Made by a program: the position numbers and the translations under genes. Shown here one piece after another: positions 41,694-50,872 of a DNA stretch of 64,000 nucleotides. Positions within the stretch are counted from its first letter, which is position 1. Each line of letters opens with the position of its first letter. Origin of the DNA: an uncultured bacterium (GTDB taxonomy: Bacteria > Fidelibacterota > Marinisomatia > Marinisomatales > UBA1611); contig CBFIBM010000005.1 in assembly GCA_965660855.1 (NCBI GenBank), positions 65,056 through 129,055 on the forward strand. The letters are read 5' to 3'. The notes beneath the pieces are model-generated. The model saw only the letters and a list, made by a program, of their open reading frames with translations. It did no database searches and was not told the origin of the DNA.

Positions 41694-42737
41694 CTAAAGA
41701 TTTTCTGGTCTAAGTGGTCTTAGTTGTTTTCCAGCAATCCACATCTCTTGATTATTTATTTCTTGAAGTTCTTGCTCTAATTTTTTCCTATAATCAGATT
41801 TTGAATTTGACTTTATAGAAATTCGAGCCTCTTCACCGCTTACTACTTTTTCATAACAGTTTTCAATAACAGGCTTCAATACATTTTTAAATTTTGGTGC
41901 CCAGTCTAGTGCACCCCTCTGGGCTGTTGTGGAACAGTTACTATACATCCAGTCCATGCCTTTTTCAGATATTAGAGGATACAAACTCTGCAATGCCTCT
42001 TCAATAGTTTCATTATACGCCTCTGAAGGTGAATGCCCTTTTTCTCTCAAAACCTCATACTGAGCTAAGAATGCTCCTTGAAGCAATCCCATTAACACAC
42101 ATCGCTCTCCTGTTAAATCACTGTGAACTTCTTTTTTAAATGTAGTTTCAAATAGATGCCCAGAACCAATCGCAAAAGCGATAGCAATACATCTATCTTT
42201 ACCTCTTCCTGTAAAATCTTGATGAACCGCAAAAGAAGAATTAATACCACGTCCTTCCTTAAAATGATTTCGCACTGTTAAGCCACTACCTTTAGGTGCA
42301 ACTAAAATAACATCTATGTTTTTGGGTGGGATTATTTTAGTATCCTCGTGAAAAACAATACCAAAACCATGGGAGAAGTATAATGCATCCCCCTCATTTA
42401 GCCTGGATTTGACCTCTGGCCATGCTTGAATTTGACCAGCGTCTGATAAAAGGAATTGAATAATAGTGCCTCTTTCTGTTGCTTCATTTATTGAAAATAA
42501 AGTTTCACCTTCGACCCAACCATCAGCTATCGCTTTGTCCCAACTTGATCCTTTTCTTAGACCAATGATCACATTAAAACCTTGATCTCTCATATTTAGA
42601 CTTTGTCCTCTACCTTGAGGGCCATATCCTAGAATAGCTGTTACTTCTCTATTTAGAATTTTTTTACACTCATCTATTGGATAATCAGACCTTTCAAAAA
42701 TAGATTCTCTATAACCATTTATATTTAATTCTTTCAT
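41694..42737 (-). CDS. ilvC: Ketol-acid reductoisomerase (Bacteroidota/fungal Ilv5-like type)
   Basis: GYGPQG, LLSDAGQ, FSHGF, APKGSG, SDLTGER..LMG, CSTTAQRGALDW. Confidence 0.96.
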   Translation of the reverse strand: MKELNINGYRESIFERSDYPIDECKKILNREVTAILGYGPQGRGQSLNMRDQGFNVIIGLRKGSSWDKAIADGWVEGETLFSINEATERGTIIQFLLSDAGQIQAWPEVKSRLNEGDALYFSHGFGIVFHEDTKIIPPKNIDVILVAPKGSGLTVRNHFKEGRGINSSFAVHQDFTGRGKDRCIAIAFAIGSGHLFETTFKKEVHSDLTGERCVLMGLLQGAFLAQYEVLREKGHSPSEAYNETIEEALQSLYPLISEKGMDWMYSNCSTTAQRGALDWAPKFKNVLKPVIENCYEKVVSGEEARISIKSNSKSDYRKKLEQELQEINNQEMWIAGKQLRPLRPENL

Positions 42738-42751
42738 CTTTTATTTCCTAC

Positions 42752-43303
42752 TTAATATGATTCCAAAAGTCTCTGCGTTGCCCAATTTGGATCGGATTTA
42801 ACAAGTTTAGGTTTGTTCTCTTCATTATCTCCTGAAACCATTGCCATTTTTCCAGATCTCATGAGCTCTAAAATATTATGCTTTTTAAGTATTTCAATTG
42901 CATTCTCCACATTAGTCTCATTTCCAGACAATTCAATCAGCATTGCATTATCATCTTGATCTAAAATTCTAAAATGGCCTTTCAAAACAAGTTTGTTTAT
43001 ATCTTCTTGATACGTTTTGTTTACTGAAATTTTAACCAAGGCATATTCACGAATATGACATTTGACTTCTGTTACATCTACAACATCATAAACATCAATA
43101 AGAGCCTTTAAATTATTAACAACTTGCTTCTGTTTAGTTTTATCAGGCTCATTCAATACAAGAGTCATTCTTGTTATGCCTTTTTGCTCGGTTCTACCTG
43201 CAACTAAGCTCACAATATTAAAATTCCTTCTTCTTATCATACTTGCTACTCTATTCAAAACACCTGGTTCATCTTGAACAAAGACTATTAAAGTTTGCTT
43301 CAT
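42752..43303 (-). CDS. ilvH: Acetolactate synthase small (regulatory) subunit
   Basis: ACT domain V.DEPGVLNRV..M.RRRNFNI.SL; RE.ALVK; E.MRSG..AM. Confidence 0.93.
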   Translation of the reverse strand: MKQTLIVFVQDEPGVLNRVASMIRRRNFNIVSLVAGRTEQKGITRMTLVLNEPDKTKQKQVVNNLKALIDVYDVVDVTEVKCHIREYALVKISVNKTYQEDINKLVLKGHFRILDQDDNAMLIELSGNETNVENAIEILKKHNILELMRSGKMAMVSGDNEENKPKLVKSDPNWATQRLLESY

Positions 43304-43318
43304 AAAATTTCCATATCC

Positions 43319-45046
43319 TTACATTTCTGATTCCTGAAATTGATCATGCACTGGTCGGCTTATCATGTCATTTAGATCTGCTCCAGTTGCAACCATTGGA
43401 TAAACCATATCATGTTGTTCAACAATAAATTCAACTAATACGGGTCCATCAATATTTTGAGCTGTTGATATCGCACTCGGAATTTCGCTTCTTCTTTTTA
43501 CACGTAAACCTTTTAAGCCATATGCTTCTGAGAGTTTTAAATAATCAGGACTGCTTATAGGAGTTTCCTTATATCTCTCATCATAAAATAATTGTTGCCA
43601 TTGACGAACCATTCCTAGATAACCATTATTAATTATAGCTATATTAATATTCGCATTTTCTTGAACTGCAGTTGCAAGTTCAGTTATGGTCATTTGTATA
43701 CTACCATCACCAACTATAACCCAAATGTCTTTATCTTTTCTGTAAAAACTAGCGCCAATCGCTGCAGGTAGGCTAAAACCCATTGTACCTAATCCTCCAG
43801 ATGTTAACAAAGTATTTGGTTCATCATGTTTATAGTACTGAGCCTCTAACATTTGATGTTGTCCAACATCTGAAACAATAATTGCTTCTCCTTTTGTCTC
43901 AACCCAAATGTCATGAACTGCTTGAGCTGCGTAAAGAGTTTTTGATTGAATATTTATAATATCTCGCAGCGAAGATTGTTTTTGCCATTCTAATAAAGAT
44001 TTAATCCAATTGATATTTGTTTTTTTCGATAACATTGGATTTAACTGAATTAAAGTTGTTTTCAAATCAGCGACGATCGAAAGATCAACTTTAATATTTT
44101 TATTTATTTCTGATGGGTCAACTTCAATGTGTATTTTTTTTGAGTTAGGAGAATATGTTGCAGCATTTCCAGTAACTCTATCATCAAACCTCATTCCACA
44201 AGCAATTAGTAGATCCGCTTCTTGAATTGCATTATTCACAGAAAATTCACCATGCATTCCCATCATACCCATATTTAATGGATGACTTGATGGAACGGAA
44301 CCAGAACCCAGCAAAGTCCATCCTATTGGAATATTTGCAATTTCAGCTAGCTCAACAACTTCATTCGTAGCACCTGAAATAAGAATACCATGTCCTGCTA
44401 ATATAACTGGTTTCTTTGCTTCCATGATTAGTTTTGCTGCAATCTTAAGATCTGATTTTATTGGGTTTTTTTCAAGTGGTAGCCCAGGAATTAATACTGG
44501 TCCCTCTGGATAATCGAATTCAATTGTTTGCGATTGTATATCCTTAGGAATATCTACTAAAACCGGACCAGGTCTACCTGATCTTGCAATAGCAAAAGCT
44601 TCTTTAATTATTTTAGGTATTTCATTTACATCCATCACTAAATAACTATGCTTTGTAACTGGAATTACAGCACCAGAAATATCCATTTCTTGAAATGCAT
44701 CGCTTCCTATAGCCGCGCTAGGAACTTGACCTGTTATGCATACTATAGGAGACGAATCCATCATCGCAGTTGCTAAGCCTGTCACCATATTTGCAGCACC
44801 CGGTCCCGATGTTGCAATTGCAACACCCACTTTTCCACTTGCTCTAGCGTAGCCATCAGCCATATGAGTAGCACCTTGCTCATGCCTGACTAAAACGTGA
44901 TGAATTCTATCACTGTAATTATTTAACGCATCATAGGCCGGTAAAATAGCTCCTCCAGGATATCCAAAAACCGTATCGACTTCCTCTTTGATAAGACATT
45001 CCCAGATGATTTCTGCTCCCGTTAATCTTTTCTTTGTATTTCCCAT
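43319..45046 (-). CDS. ilvB: Acetolactate synthase large subunit, biosynthetic type
   Basis: FGYPGGAILP, RHEQGA.HMADGYAR, RFDDRVTG, DVGQHQM, GDGSIQM TPP motif, GMVRQWQ. Confidence 0.96.
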   Translation of the reverse strand: MGNTKKRLTGAEIIWECLIKEEVDTVFGYPGGAILPAYDALNNYSDRIHHVLVRHEQGATHMADGYARASGKVGVAIATSGPGAANMVTGLATAMMDSSPIVCITGQVPSAAIGSDAFQEMDISGAVIPVTKHSYLVMDVNEIPKIIKEAFAIARSGRPGPVLVDIPKDIQSQTIEFDYPEGPVLIPGLPLEKNPIKSDLKIAAKLIMEAKKPVILAGHGILISGATNEVVELAEIANIPIGWTLLGSGSVPSSHPLNMGMMGMHGEFSVNNAIQEADLLIACGMRFDDRVTGNAATYSPNSKKIHIEVDPSEINKNIKVDLSIVADLKTTLIQLNPMLSKKTNINWIKSLLEWQKQSSLRDIINIQSKTLYAAQAVHDIWVETKGEAIIVSDVGQHQMLEAQYYKHDEPNTLLTSGGLGTMGFSLPAAIGASFYRKDKDIWVIVGDGSIQMTITELATAVQENANINIAIINNGYLGMVRQWQQLFYDERYKETPISSPDYLKLSEAYGLKGLRVKRRSEIPSAISTAQNIDGPVLVEFIVEQHDMVYPMVATGADLNDMISRPVHDQFQESEM

Positions 45047-45056
45047 TTTTAATATT

Positions 45057-46730
45057 TTATTTTAGAACTGCGCCTTTATTTGCAGACGTAACCATTTTAG
45101 AATATCTCCCTAAATATCCTTTTTTAATCTTTAGCTCAAATTTTGGTAACTTGCTTAAACGATTTTCTATTTCTGCTTCAGATACAAGGAGATTTATATT
45201 TTTATTTTGAATATCAATTTCGATCAAATCTCCATTTTTTATTATCGCAATTGGCCCCCCAGATGCCGCTTCAGGTGATATATGTCCAATACAAGCACCT
45301 CTTGTTCCGCCAGAAAAACGACCGTCGGTAATAAGTGCAACAGAAGAACCTAATCCCATTCCCATTATGGCACTCGTTGGTGATAACATTTCAGGCATGC
45401 CAGGACCTCCCTTGGGACCTTCATATCTTATGACAACAACATCTCCTGACTTGACTTCATTATTTAGAATACTCTTAACCGCTTGATCTTGTGATTCATA
45501 AATCTTGGCGGGACCTGTATGTTTTAGCATTTTTGGATTAACAGCTCCTGTTTTAACTATTGATCCTTCAGGTGCTATATTTCCAAACAAGACTGCCAAT
45601 CCACCCTCAAATGAAAATGGATTTTCTATAGACCGAATGACACCAGGGCTTCTATTCATTGAACCTTTTATATTTTCTCCAAGTGTATTCATTGTTACAG
45701 TTATTCTACTTAGATCAAGTAAATTATTGATTTTAGACAATTCATTTAAGATTGCAGATATTCCACCTGCATTATGGACATCTTCCATATGGACATTAGG
45801 AATAGCAGGACTAACCTTGCACAAATAAGGGGTTTTTCTACTCAATAGATTTAACTCTTTTAAATCAAAGTCTAAATCAGCTTCAATCGCAGCAGCAATT
45901 GTATGCAAAACAGTGTTTGTGCTCCCACCCATTGCCATATCTAAAATAAAGGCATTACGAATTGAATTTTTGTTGACTATATCACGTGGCTTCAAATCGT
46001 TCGCTACTAGTTGTACAATTGTTTTTCCAGCTTTCTTAACAAGATCAAGCCTTGCGGGATCAACTGCAAGAATCGATCCATTCCCAGGCAATGCTAAACC
46101 AAGTACCTCCATTAAACAGTTCATGGAGTTAGCTGTAAACATACCAGAACAGGATCCACATGTAGGGCATCCATTATCTTCAAGATCATTTAATTCACTT
46201 TCATTAATCTTTCCTGATTTAAATTTTGCTACACCTTCAAACACTGACACTAGGTCAATTTTTTCACCAGCTTGATTTACACCTGCTTTCATTGGACCAC
46301 CAGAAATAAAAATGGTAGGAATATTAATTCTCAAGGCAGCCATGAGCATACCAGGTACTATTTTATCACAATTCGATATACATATTAAACCGTCTAAGCG
46401 ATGAGCTTCAGCTACCGTTTCTACGCTATCAGCAATTAATTCTCTGCTAGCTAAAGAATAGCGCATTCCTATATGCCCCATTGCAATACCGTCATCAACT
46501 CCAATCGTATTGAATTCAAATGGAACGGCTCCAGCATTTCTTATGGAGTCTTTTGCAATTTTTCCAAATTGTTGTAAATGAACATGCCCTGGAATTAAAT
46601 CTATATAAGAATTAGCTACGCCAATAAATGGTTTATCAAAATCATTTTCTGATTTAATTAAACCTGTTGCTTTTAAAAGACTCCTATGTGGAGCTCTTTC
46701 AAAACCTTTCTTTATTTCATCAGATCTCAT
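45057..46730 (-). CDS. ilvD: Dihydroxy-acid dehydratase
   Basis: [55 protein letters not shown] upstream. Confidence 0.97.
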   Translation of the reverse strand: MRSDEIKKGFERAPHRSLLKATGLIKSENDFDKPFIGVANSYIDLIPGHVHLQQFGKIAKDSIRNAGAVPFEFNTIGVDDGIAMGHIGMRYSLASRELIADSVETVAEAHRLDGLICISNCDKIVPGMLMAALRINIPTIFISGGPMKAGVNQAGEKIDLVSVFEGVAKFKSGKINESELNDLEDNGCPTCGSCSGMFTANSMNCLMEVLGLALPGNGSILAVDPARLDLVKKAGKTIVQLVANDLKPRDIVNKNSIRNAFILDMAMGGSTNTVLHTIAAAIEADLDFDLKELNLLSRKTPYLCKVSPAIPNVHMEDVHNAGGISAILNELSKINNLLDLSRITVTMNTLGENIKGSMNRSPGVIRSIENPFSFEGGLAVLFGNIAPEGSIVKTGAVNPKMLKHTGPAKIYESQDQAVKSILNNEVKSGDVVVIRYEGPKGGPGMPEMLSPTSAIMGMGLGSSVALITDGRFSGGTRGACIGHISPEAASGGPIAIIKNGDLIEIDIQNKNINLLVSEAEIENRLSKLPKFELKIKKGYLGRYSKMVTSANKGAVLK

Positions 46731-46767
46731 ACAACCTCATACTAAAAAACAATATTTATATGCTTAA

Positions 46768-46847
46768 TCTGGTGACAAGAATTAGGTGGGGTTAAGAAGT
46801 CTTTGATTTCACTTTTCTTTCTACCCCTGAGATTCTAGGCAGCCAGA
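46768..46847 (-). promoter_or_regulatory. Long imperfect stem-loop in the ilvD leader, overlapping the 3' end of the leader ORF (candidate attenuator structure)
   Basis: Nested pairings on the - strand: TCTGG/CCAGA, AGAAT/ATTCT, GGGGT/ACCCC and AAG..AAGT/ACTTCTT. The segment is locally GC-richer than its flanks. Confidence 0.55.
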
Positions 46848-46951
46848 AAAGCGATAGTAATAATAATAAAATATATAATAGTTATAATATTAGAAATATC
46901 GGTCGAAGTGACTTTGATTACTTTTGAATTGATTTTATTTGAATTTTTCAA
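46835..46951 (-). CDS. Putative Ile-rich leader peptide of the ilv-leu-cimA operon (38 aa)
   Basis: TTG-started ORF MKNSNKINSKVIKVTSTDISNIITIIYFIIITIAFLAA*. It has 11 Ile, 8 of them in codons 22-33, and ends about 105 nt upstream of ilvD. Confidence 0.6.
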   Translation of the reverse strand: MKNSNKINSKVIKVTSTDISNIITIIYFIIITIAFLAA

Positions 46952-46987
46952 TTTATTTACTAATATTTATAAAATAAACTACCTAAT

Positions 46988-47016
46988 GTTATAATATCAT
47001 TAATTATCTACATCAA
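46988..47016 (-). promoter_or_regulatory. Possible sigma70-type promoter for the ilv leader
   Basis: TTGATG-N17-TATAAC on the - strand, about 37 nt upstream of the leader start. Weak evidence given the AT-rich context. Confidence 0.3.
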
Positions 47017-47067
47017 AATTAAAATTTTTATCTTTTTAAGTCAATTAATAAAATATTTTAAATTAAA

Positions 47068-48651
47068 CTATTCTTTATAACCGGTTAATTCCCTTGCTGA
47101 GGGGTCGTTAATATTTGACCAGTTAGGTAACCAAAAATGCGGAATTAGATCATCACACCCATCATAAAATTTCTTAAATATTTTTCTGTAGTAATAACTT
47201 TCTTTTAGCTTAGGTTTGCAATGATTTATTTTTGAAACTTCTCTTTGAAATTCATGGTCATTAATGATTTCATCAACATAAGTTTGTATAATTTTATGCC
47301 AGGATTTTGATTTTGAACTTACACCGTCGGAAAAAGCAACTTTCCTTCTCCACAAGACCTCATCAGGAATAAGCCCTTCATTCTCAAAAGCTTTTCTTAG
47401 TAAAAATTTTTCTAATCTTTTATTTCCATCAAATTTTTTCAATTTAGGAGGAATAGACAAATAATATTTTACAAATTCTTTATCAAGAAAGGGCGTTCGA
47501 GGCTCAAGTCCATTTGAGCTTATACTTCTATCAGACCTTAAAACATCAAAATAATGTAATTCTTCTATTAATTTTTCGCTTTCTTTCTGCAAATCTTTAT
47601 CTGTTGGAGCATTTTTTAAATAGATATAACCACAACATACTTCATCACTTCCATCCCCATTAAATATTACTTTACAATTAGTATTATCTTTTATGTATTT
47701 AGAAACTAGATAATTTCCAACACTGGCTCTTACAGTAGTTGTATCATAAGATTCAATATTATAGATCACTTTCTCGATAGTATTTAAGAATTCATCTTCA
47801 GAAATTTCTACTTGATGATGCTTTGTTTTCAGGTACTGCGCAACCTTCTCTGCGTATAAAAGATCTACACTTCCCTCCATCCCAATTGAAAAAGTATTTA
47901 GCTCTGGTCCATTATAATATTTTGAAACCAAACCAGTAATTAAGCTTGAGTCCAAACCCCCAGAGAGAAGACATCCTATTTCTCTTTCAGACATCAATCT
48001 CTTCTTTACGGCTTCAGTTAAAAGGTATCCTATTTTAGAAGAAATTATATCTTCATCTTTAATTTTTAATTGCTCATTTTTATAAAAAAAATATCTATTA
48101 TATAATTTTGGTGAAGATGAGGAGAACCATGTTCCAGGAGGAAATGGCTTAATATTTTCAGAGATGCCAATAAGTGATTTTGCTTCAGAAGCGATTGCTA
48201 TATTAGCTTTATCTAAAGACACAAATCCAGGCCGAACTCCCATAGGATCTCTTGAAGCTATTAACTCCTTTTTTAATGAATCATATATGACAAACATAAA
48301 TACACCATCAAGCTCATGAAGTGTTCTTGCTATACCAAATTTTTCATACATGAAAAGGATAACCTCACAATCGGACCCTGTAGTTAACTTAAATTGATAC
48401 TTATCAGCAAGTTGCAAATAATTGTAAATCTCACCATTACAAATCAAATTTAAACTATGATTTTCAGGATGTATCATCGGCTGATCACCCTTTTTATCTG
48501 TACCAATTATTGATAATCTGTGGAAGCCAAAAAACATTAAATCATCAAGATATAATTTTTGGGTATTATCTGGTCCACGATATTTTATGGTATCTAAATG
48601 AGTATTTAAATTTTTATTTGTCTTACCAAAATATGAAAAAATCCCACACAT
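47068..48651 (-). CDS. asnB: Asparagine synthetase (glutamine-hydrolysing)
   Basis: M-CGIF Ntn start (second Met), RGPD, GFHRLSI, CNGEIYNY, LLSGGLDSS, G.GSDE, R.PFLD, DPSAR. Confidence 0.96.
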   Translation of the reverse strand: MCGIFSYFGKTNKNLNTHLDTIKYRGPDNTQKLYLDDLMFFGFHRLSIIGTDKKGDQPMIHPENHSLNLICNGEIYNYLQLADKYQFKLTTGSDCEVILFMYEKFGIARTLHELDGVFMFVIYDSLKKELIASRDPMGVRPGFVSLDKANIAIASEAKSLIGISENIKPFPPGTWFSSSSPKLYNRYFFYKNEQLKIKDEDIISSKIGYLLTEAVKKRLMSEREIGCLLSGGLDSSLITGLVSKYYNGPELNTFSIGMEGSVDLLYAEKVAQYLKTKHHQVEISEDEFLNTIEKVIYNIESYDTTTVRASVGNYLVSKYIKDNTNCKVIFNGDGSDEVCCGYIYLKNAPTDKDLQKESEKLIEELHYFDVLRSDRSISSNGLEPRTPFLDKEFVKYYLSIPPKLKKFDGNKRLEKFLLRKAFENEGLIPDEVLWRRKVAFSDGVSSKSKSWHKIIQTYVDEIINDHEFQREVSKINHCKPKLKESYYYRKIFKKFYDGCDDLIPHFWLPNWSNINDPSARELTGYKE

Positions 48652-48940
48652 CATTCAAAATTCCTTAAAGTAGCATAACACTATAAATTATAAAAAATAA
48701 ACCACAAAGTTTAATTTTTTTTAAACTTTTCATTTAATAAATTAGCTTTTTAAAATATAAAACTAAATATATTTAATTTATTGCATTTATAGCTTTTGAT
48801 AATTAAAAAATAATAAAAAAAATGATAATTAATTATTGTTTGTTTGATTTGAATAAAAAAAAGTTATAATGTAAGACTTCAGAGTTTTATAAAATTATTG
48901 AAATAACTAATGAAAATTAATCTACAAATAATACTATAAT

Positions 48941-49207
48941 ATGAAAAAAAATAAACTCTTAGATGAGCATCGCCATAAAATTAATTTGATTGATTATGAA
49001 ATAGTATCACTTATTGATGAAAGAATGAATATCGCATCAAATATTGGAAAAATTAAACAAAAAGATAATATCCGTATTTTTAATAAAAATAGAGAGAGAG
49101 AAATTCTTAATAATCTTAAACAAAAATCTAAATATTTATCTTACAACGAAATTGAAAAAATATATGAAATAATTTTTGAAATTTCAAAAAAAAATCAATT
49201 AAAATAA
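48941..49207 (+). CDS. Monofunctional chorismate mutase (AroQ/CM_2 type)
   Basis: L.EHR.KIN.ID.EIV.LIDER...A..IGKIK, RE.EIL, I...IFEISK..Q; adjacent to the aromatic operon. Confidence 0.88.
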   Translation: MKKNKLLDEHRHKINLIDYEIVSLIDERMNIASNIGKIKQKDNIRIFNKNREREILNNLKQKSKYLSYNEIEKIYEIIFEISKKNQLK

Positions 49208-49249
49208 TTATATTGTAGCCAAATAAGATTATTTTCATTAATATTTTAT

Positions 49250-49321
49250 ATGTATCCAAGGAAAAATTTAAATATTTATATAAGCTGGTTTTGGTATTAT
49301 AACCTAAAGGGGGCTCTTTAG
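49250..49321 (+). CDS. Aromatic-amino-acid leader peptide (23 aa, MYPRKNLNIYISWFWYYNLKGAL)
   Basis: Not in the ORF track. ATG at 49250, TGG TTT TGG TAT TAT at 49286-49300, TAG ending at 49321. It lies directly upstream of a terminator and trpE. Confidence 0.88.
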   Translation: MYPRKNLNIYISWFWYYNLKGAL

Positions 49322-49361
49322 GATAGTATTAAAATATACTTGAATAAAATTTACGAACCCC
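49303..49361 (+). promoter_or_regulatory. Attenuator switch: protector hairpin and alternative antiterminator pairing
   Basis: Perfect 7-bp stem CCTAAAG (49303-49309)/CTTTAGG (49316-49322). The enclosed GGGGCTC can alternatively pair with GAACCCC (49355-49361), the 5' arm of the terminator. Confidence 0.75.
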
Positions 49362-49384
49362 GAATCATTTCGGGGTTTTTTTTT
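49356..49384 (+). terminator. Attenuator terminator upstream of trpE
   Basis: AACCCCGAA-TCAT-TTCGGGGTT, with a continuous T9 run (49376-49384) ending 3 nt before the trpE ATG. Confidence 0.92.
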
Positions 49385-49387
49385 ATT

Positions 49388-50872
49388 ATGAATAAAAATC
49401 AATTAACATTTAAAAAATTTAAAGAATTAGCTAAAAAGCACAAGATAGTTCCTGTTTTCAAGCAAGTACTTTCAGATTTGCTTACTCCTGTTGCCGCTTG
49501 GGCACATCTTTGCAATCATTCTAAATATGGATTTATTTTGGAGTCTGTTGAAAAAGGAAATAATTATTCAAGGTTCTCTTATTTAGGTATTGATCCAAAA
49601 ACAATTATTAAGTTGGAGAATAATGTAACATTAATTGAAACAAATGGTAACCAATCAATAATAAAGGAACCGTTCATAGAGGTTATCGATAAAATTCAAA
49701 AAGAATATCAATATAAAAAGATAGAAGACCTACCTCCTTTTACAGGAGGATTAATTGGATATTTAAATTATGAAATGGTTGAACACTTCGATAATATTCC
49801 AATAAATAGTAAATCTGAATTAAACCTCCCAAAATCATTATTTATGCTTTTTGAGGATATTATAATTTTTGATCATTTAAAAGGGACTTCTATCATTTTA
49901 TCAAATATAATAATAGATAAAAAAGAAACATTATTAAATCAGTACGACCATGCCCATGAAAAGATTGATAGAATTGGTGAAAAGCTTCATTCCAGGATTG
50001 AATATCAAACACCTCGATATAACTCTAATCAAGAACTAAGTACCAACCTAAATGAAAAAGATTTTAAAAATATAGTTTTAAAAGCTAAATCATACATTGA
50101 AGAAGGGGAAATTTTTCAAGTTGTTCTTAGTAGAAAGTTTAAACAAAAAATTAACTCAGAACCTGTTACTATTTACCGTGCTCTTCGAACAATCAATCCA
50201 TCTCCCTACATGTTTCATTTGAAAGTAAATGATTTCGATATAATTGGAGCATCTCCAGAACTTATGGTCAAGATAAAGGATAGTGATATTGAGATTAGAC
50301 CTATTGCTGGGACTAGACCAAGAGGTAAGAATAAAAAGGAAGACGATTTGCTAAGTAAACAATTAATTTCAGATAAAAAAGAATTAGCTGAGCATTTAAT
50401 GTTATTAGATCTAGGTCGTAATGATGTTGGTAAAGTTTCTGAATTTGGATCTGTTAAAGTAACTGAATCAATGAAAATTGAAAAATATTCACATGTAATG
50501 CATATTGTATCTAGTATAAAAGGAAAGTTAGATAAAGATATTAGATCCTTAGATGCTCTTATCAGTGGTTTCCCAGCTGGAACTGTAACTGGTGCTCCAA
50601 AAATAAGAGCTATGGAGATTATCAATGAATTAGAGAATGAAACACGTGATATTTACTCTGGTGCTGTATGTTTTATTGATTTTAACAATAATATTAATTC
50701 TTGTATCGCAATAAGGACACTAATAATAAAAGATAAGAATGCTCACTTTCAAGCTGGAGCTGGTATAGTTTATGACTCAGATCCTTCATCAGAATATGAA
50801 GAGACACTGAATAAAGCAAAAGCAATTATCAATGCAATTAAATTTGCAGAAAATGGTTTAAGTAAAAAATGA
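49388..50872 (+). CDS. trpE: Anthranilate synthase component I
   Basis: DLLTPV, ILES, NPSPYM, GASPE, PIAGTRPRG, AEHLMLLDLGRND, GAPKIRAM. Start moved to ATG 49388 because the TTG at 49340 would read through the terminator. Confidence 0.96.
   Translation: MNKNQLTFKKFKELAKKHKIVPVFKQVLSDLLTPVAAWAHLCNHSKYGFILESVEKGNNYSRFSYLGIDPKTIIKLENNVTLIETNGNQSIIKEPFIEVIDKIQKEYQYKKIEDLPPFTGGLIGYLNYEMVEHFDNIPINSKSELNLPKSLFMLFEDIIIFDHLKGTSIILSNIIIDKKETLLNQYDHAHEKIDRIGEKLHSRIEYQTPRYNSNQELSTNLNEKDFKNIVLKAKSYIEEGEIFQVVLSRKFKQKINSEPVTIYRALRTINPSPYMFHLKVNDFDIIGASPELMVKIKDSDIEIRPIAGTRPRGKNKKEDDLLSKQLISDKKELAEHLMLLDLGRNDVGKVSEFGSVKVTESMKIEKYSHVMHIVSSIKGKLDKDIRSLDALISGFPAGTVTGAPKIRAMEIINELENETRDIYSGAVCFIDFNNNINSCIAIRTLIIKDKNAHFQAGAGIVYDSDPSSEYEETLNKAKAIINAIKFAENGLSKK

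Noticed and set aside
48665..48733. Short - strand ORF upstream of asnB (MKSLKKIKLCGLFFIIYSVMLL) considered as a leader peptide
   Set aside because: It has no Asn, Asp or Gln codons and no convincing hairpin or terminator.
48840..48870. TATAAT at 48865-48870 as the promoter of the chorismate mutase/aromatic operon
   Set aside because: No -35 element at canonical spacing, and TATAAT-like hexamers are common in this AT-rich spacer.
48941..49207. Idea that the small chorismate mutase is activated by the class II DAHP synthase, as in Mycobacterium
   Set aside because: The C-terminus (SKKNQLK) lacks the Gly/Arg-rich tail I recall for that subclass; co-occurrence alone is not support.
49340..49387. 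N-terminal extension of TrpE from TTG 49340 (MNKIYEPRIISGFFFI)
   Set aside because: It simply translates the attenuator terminator and T-run; ATG 49388 is the more plausible start.
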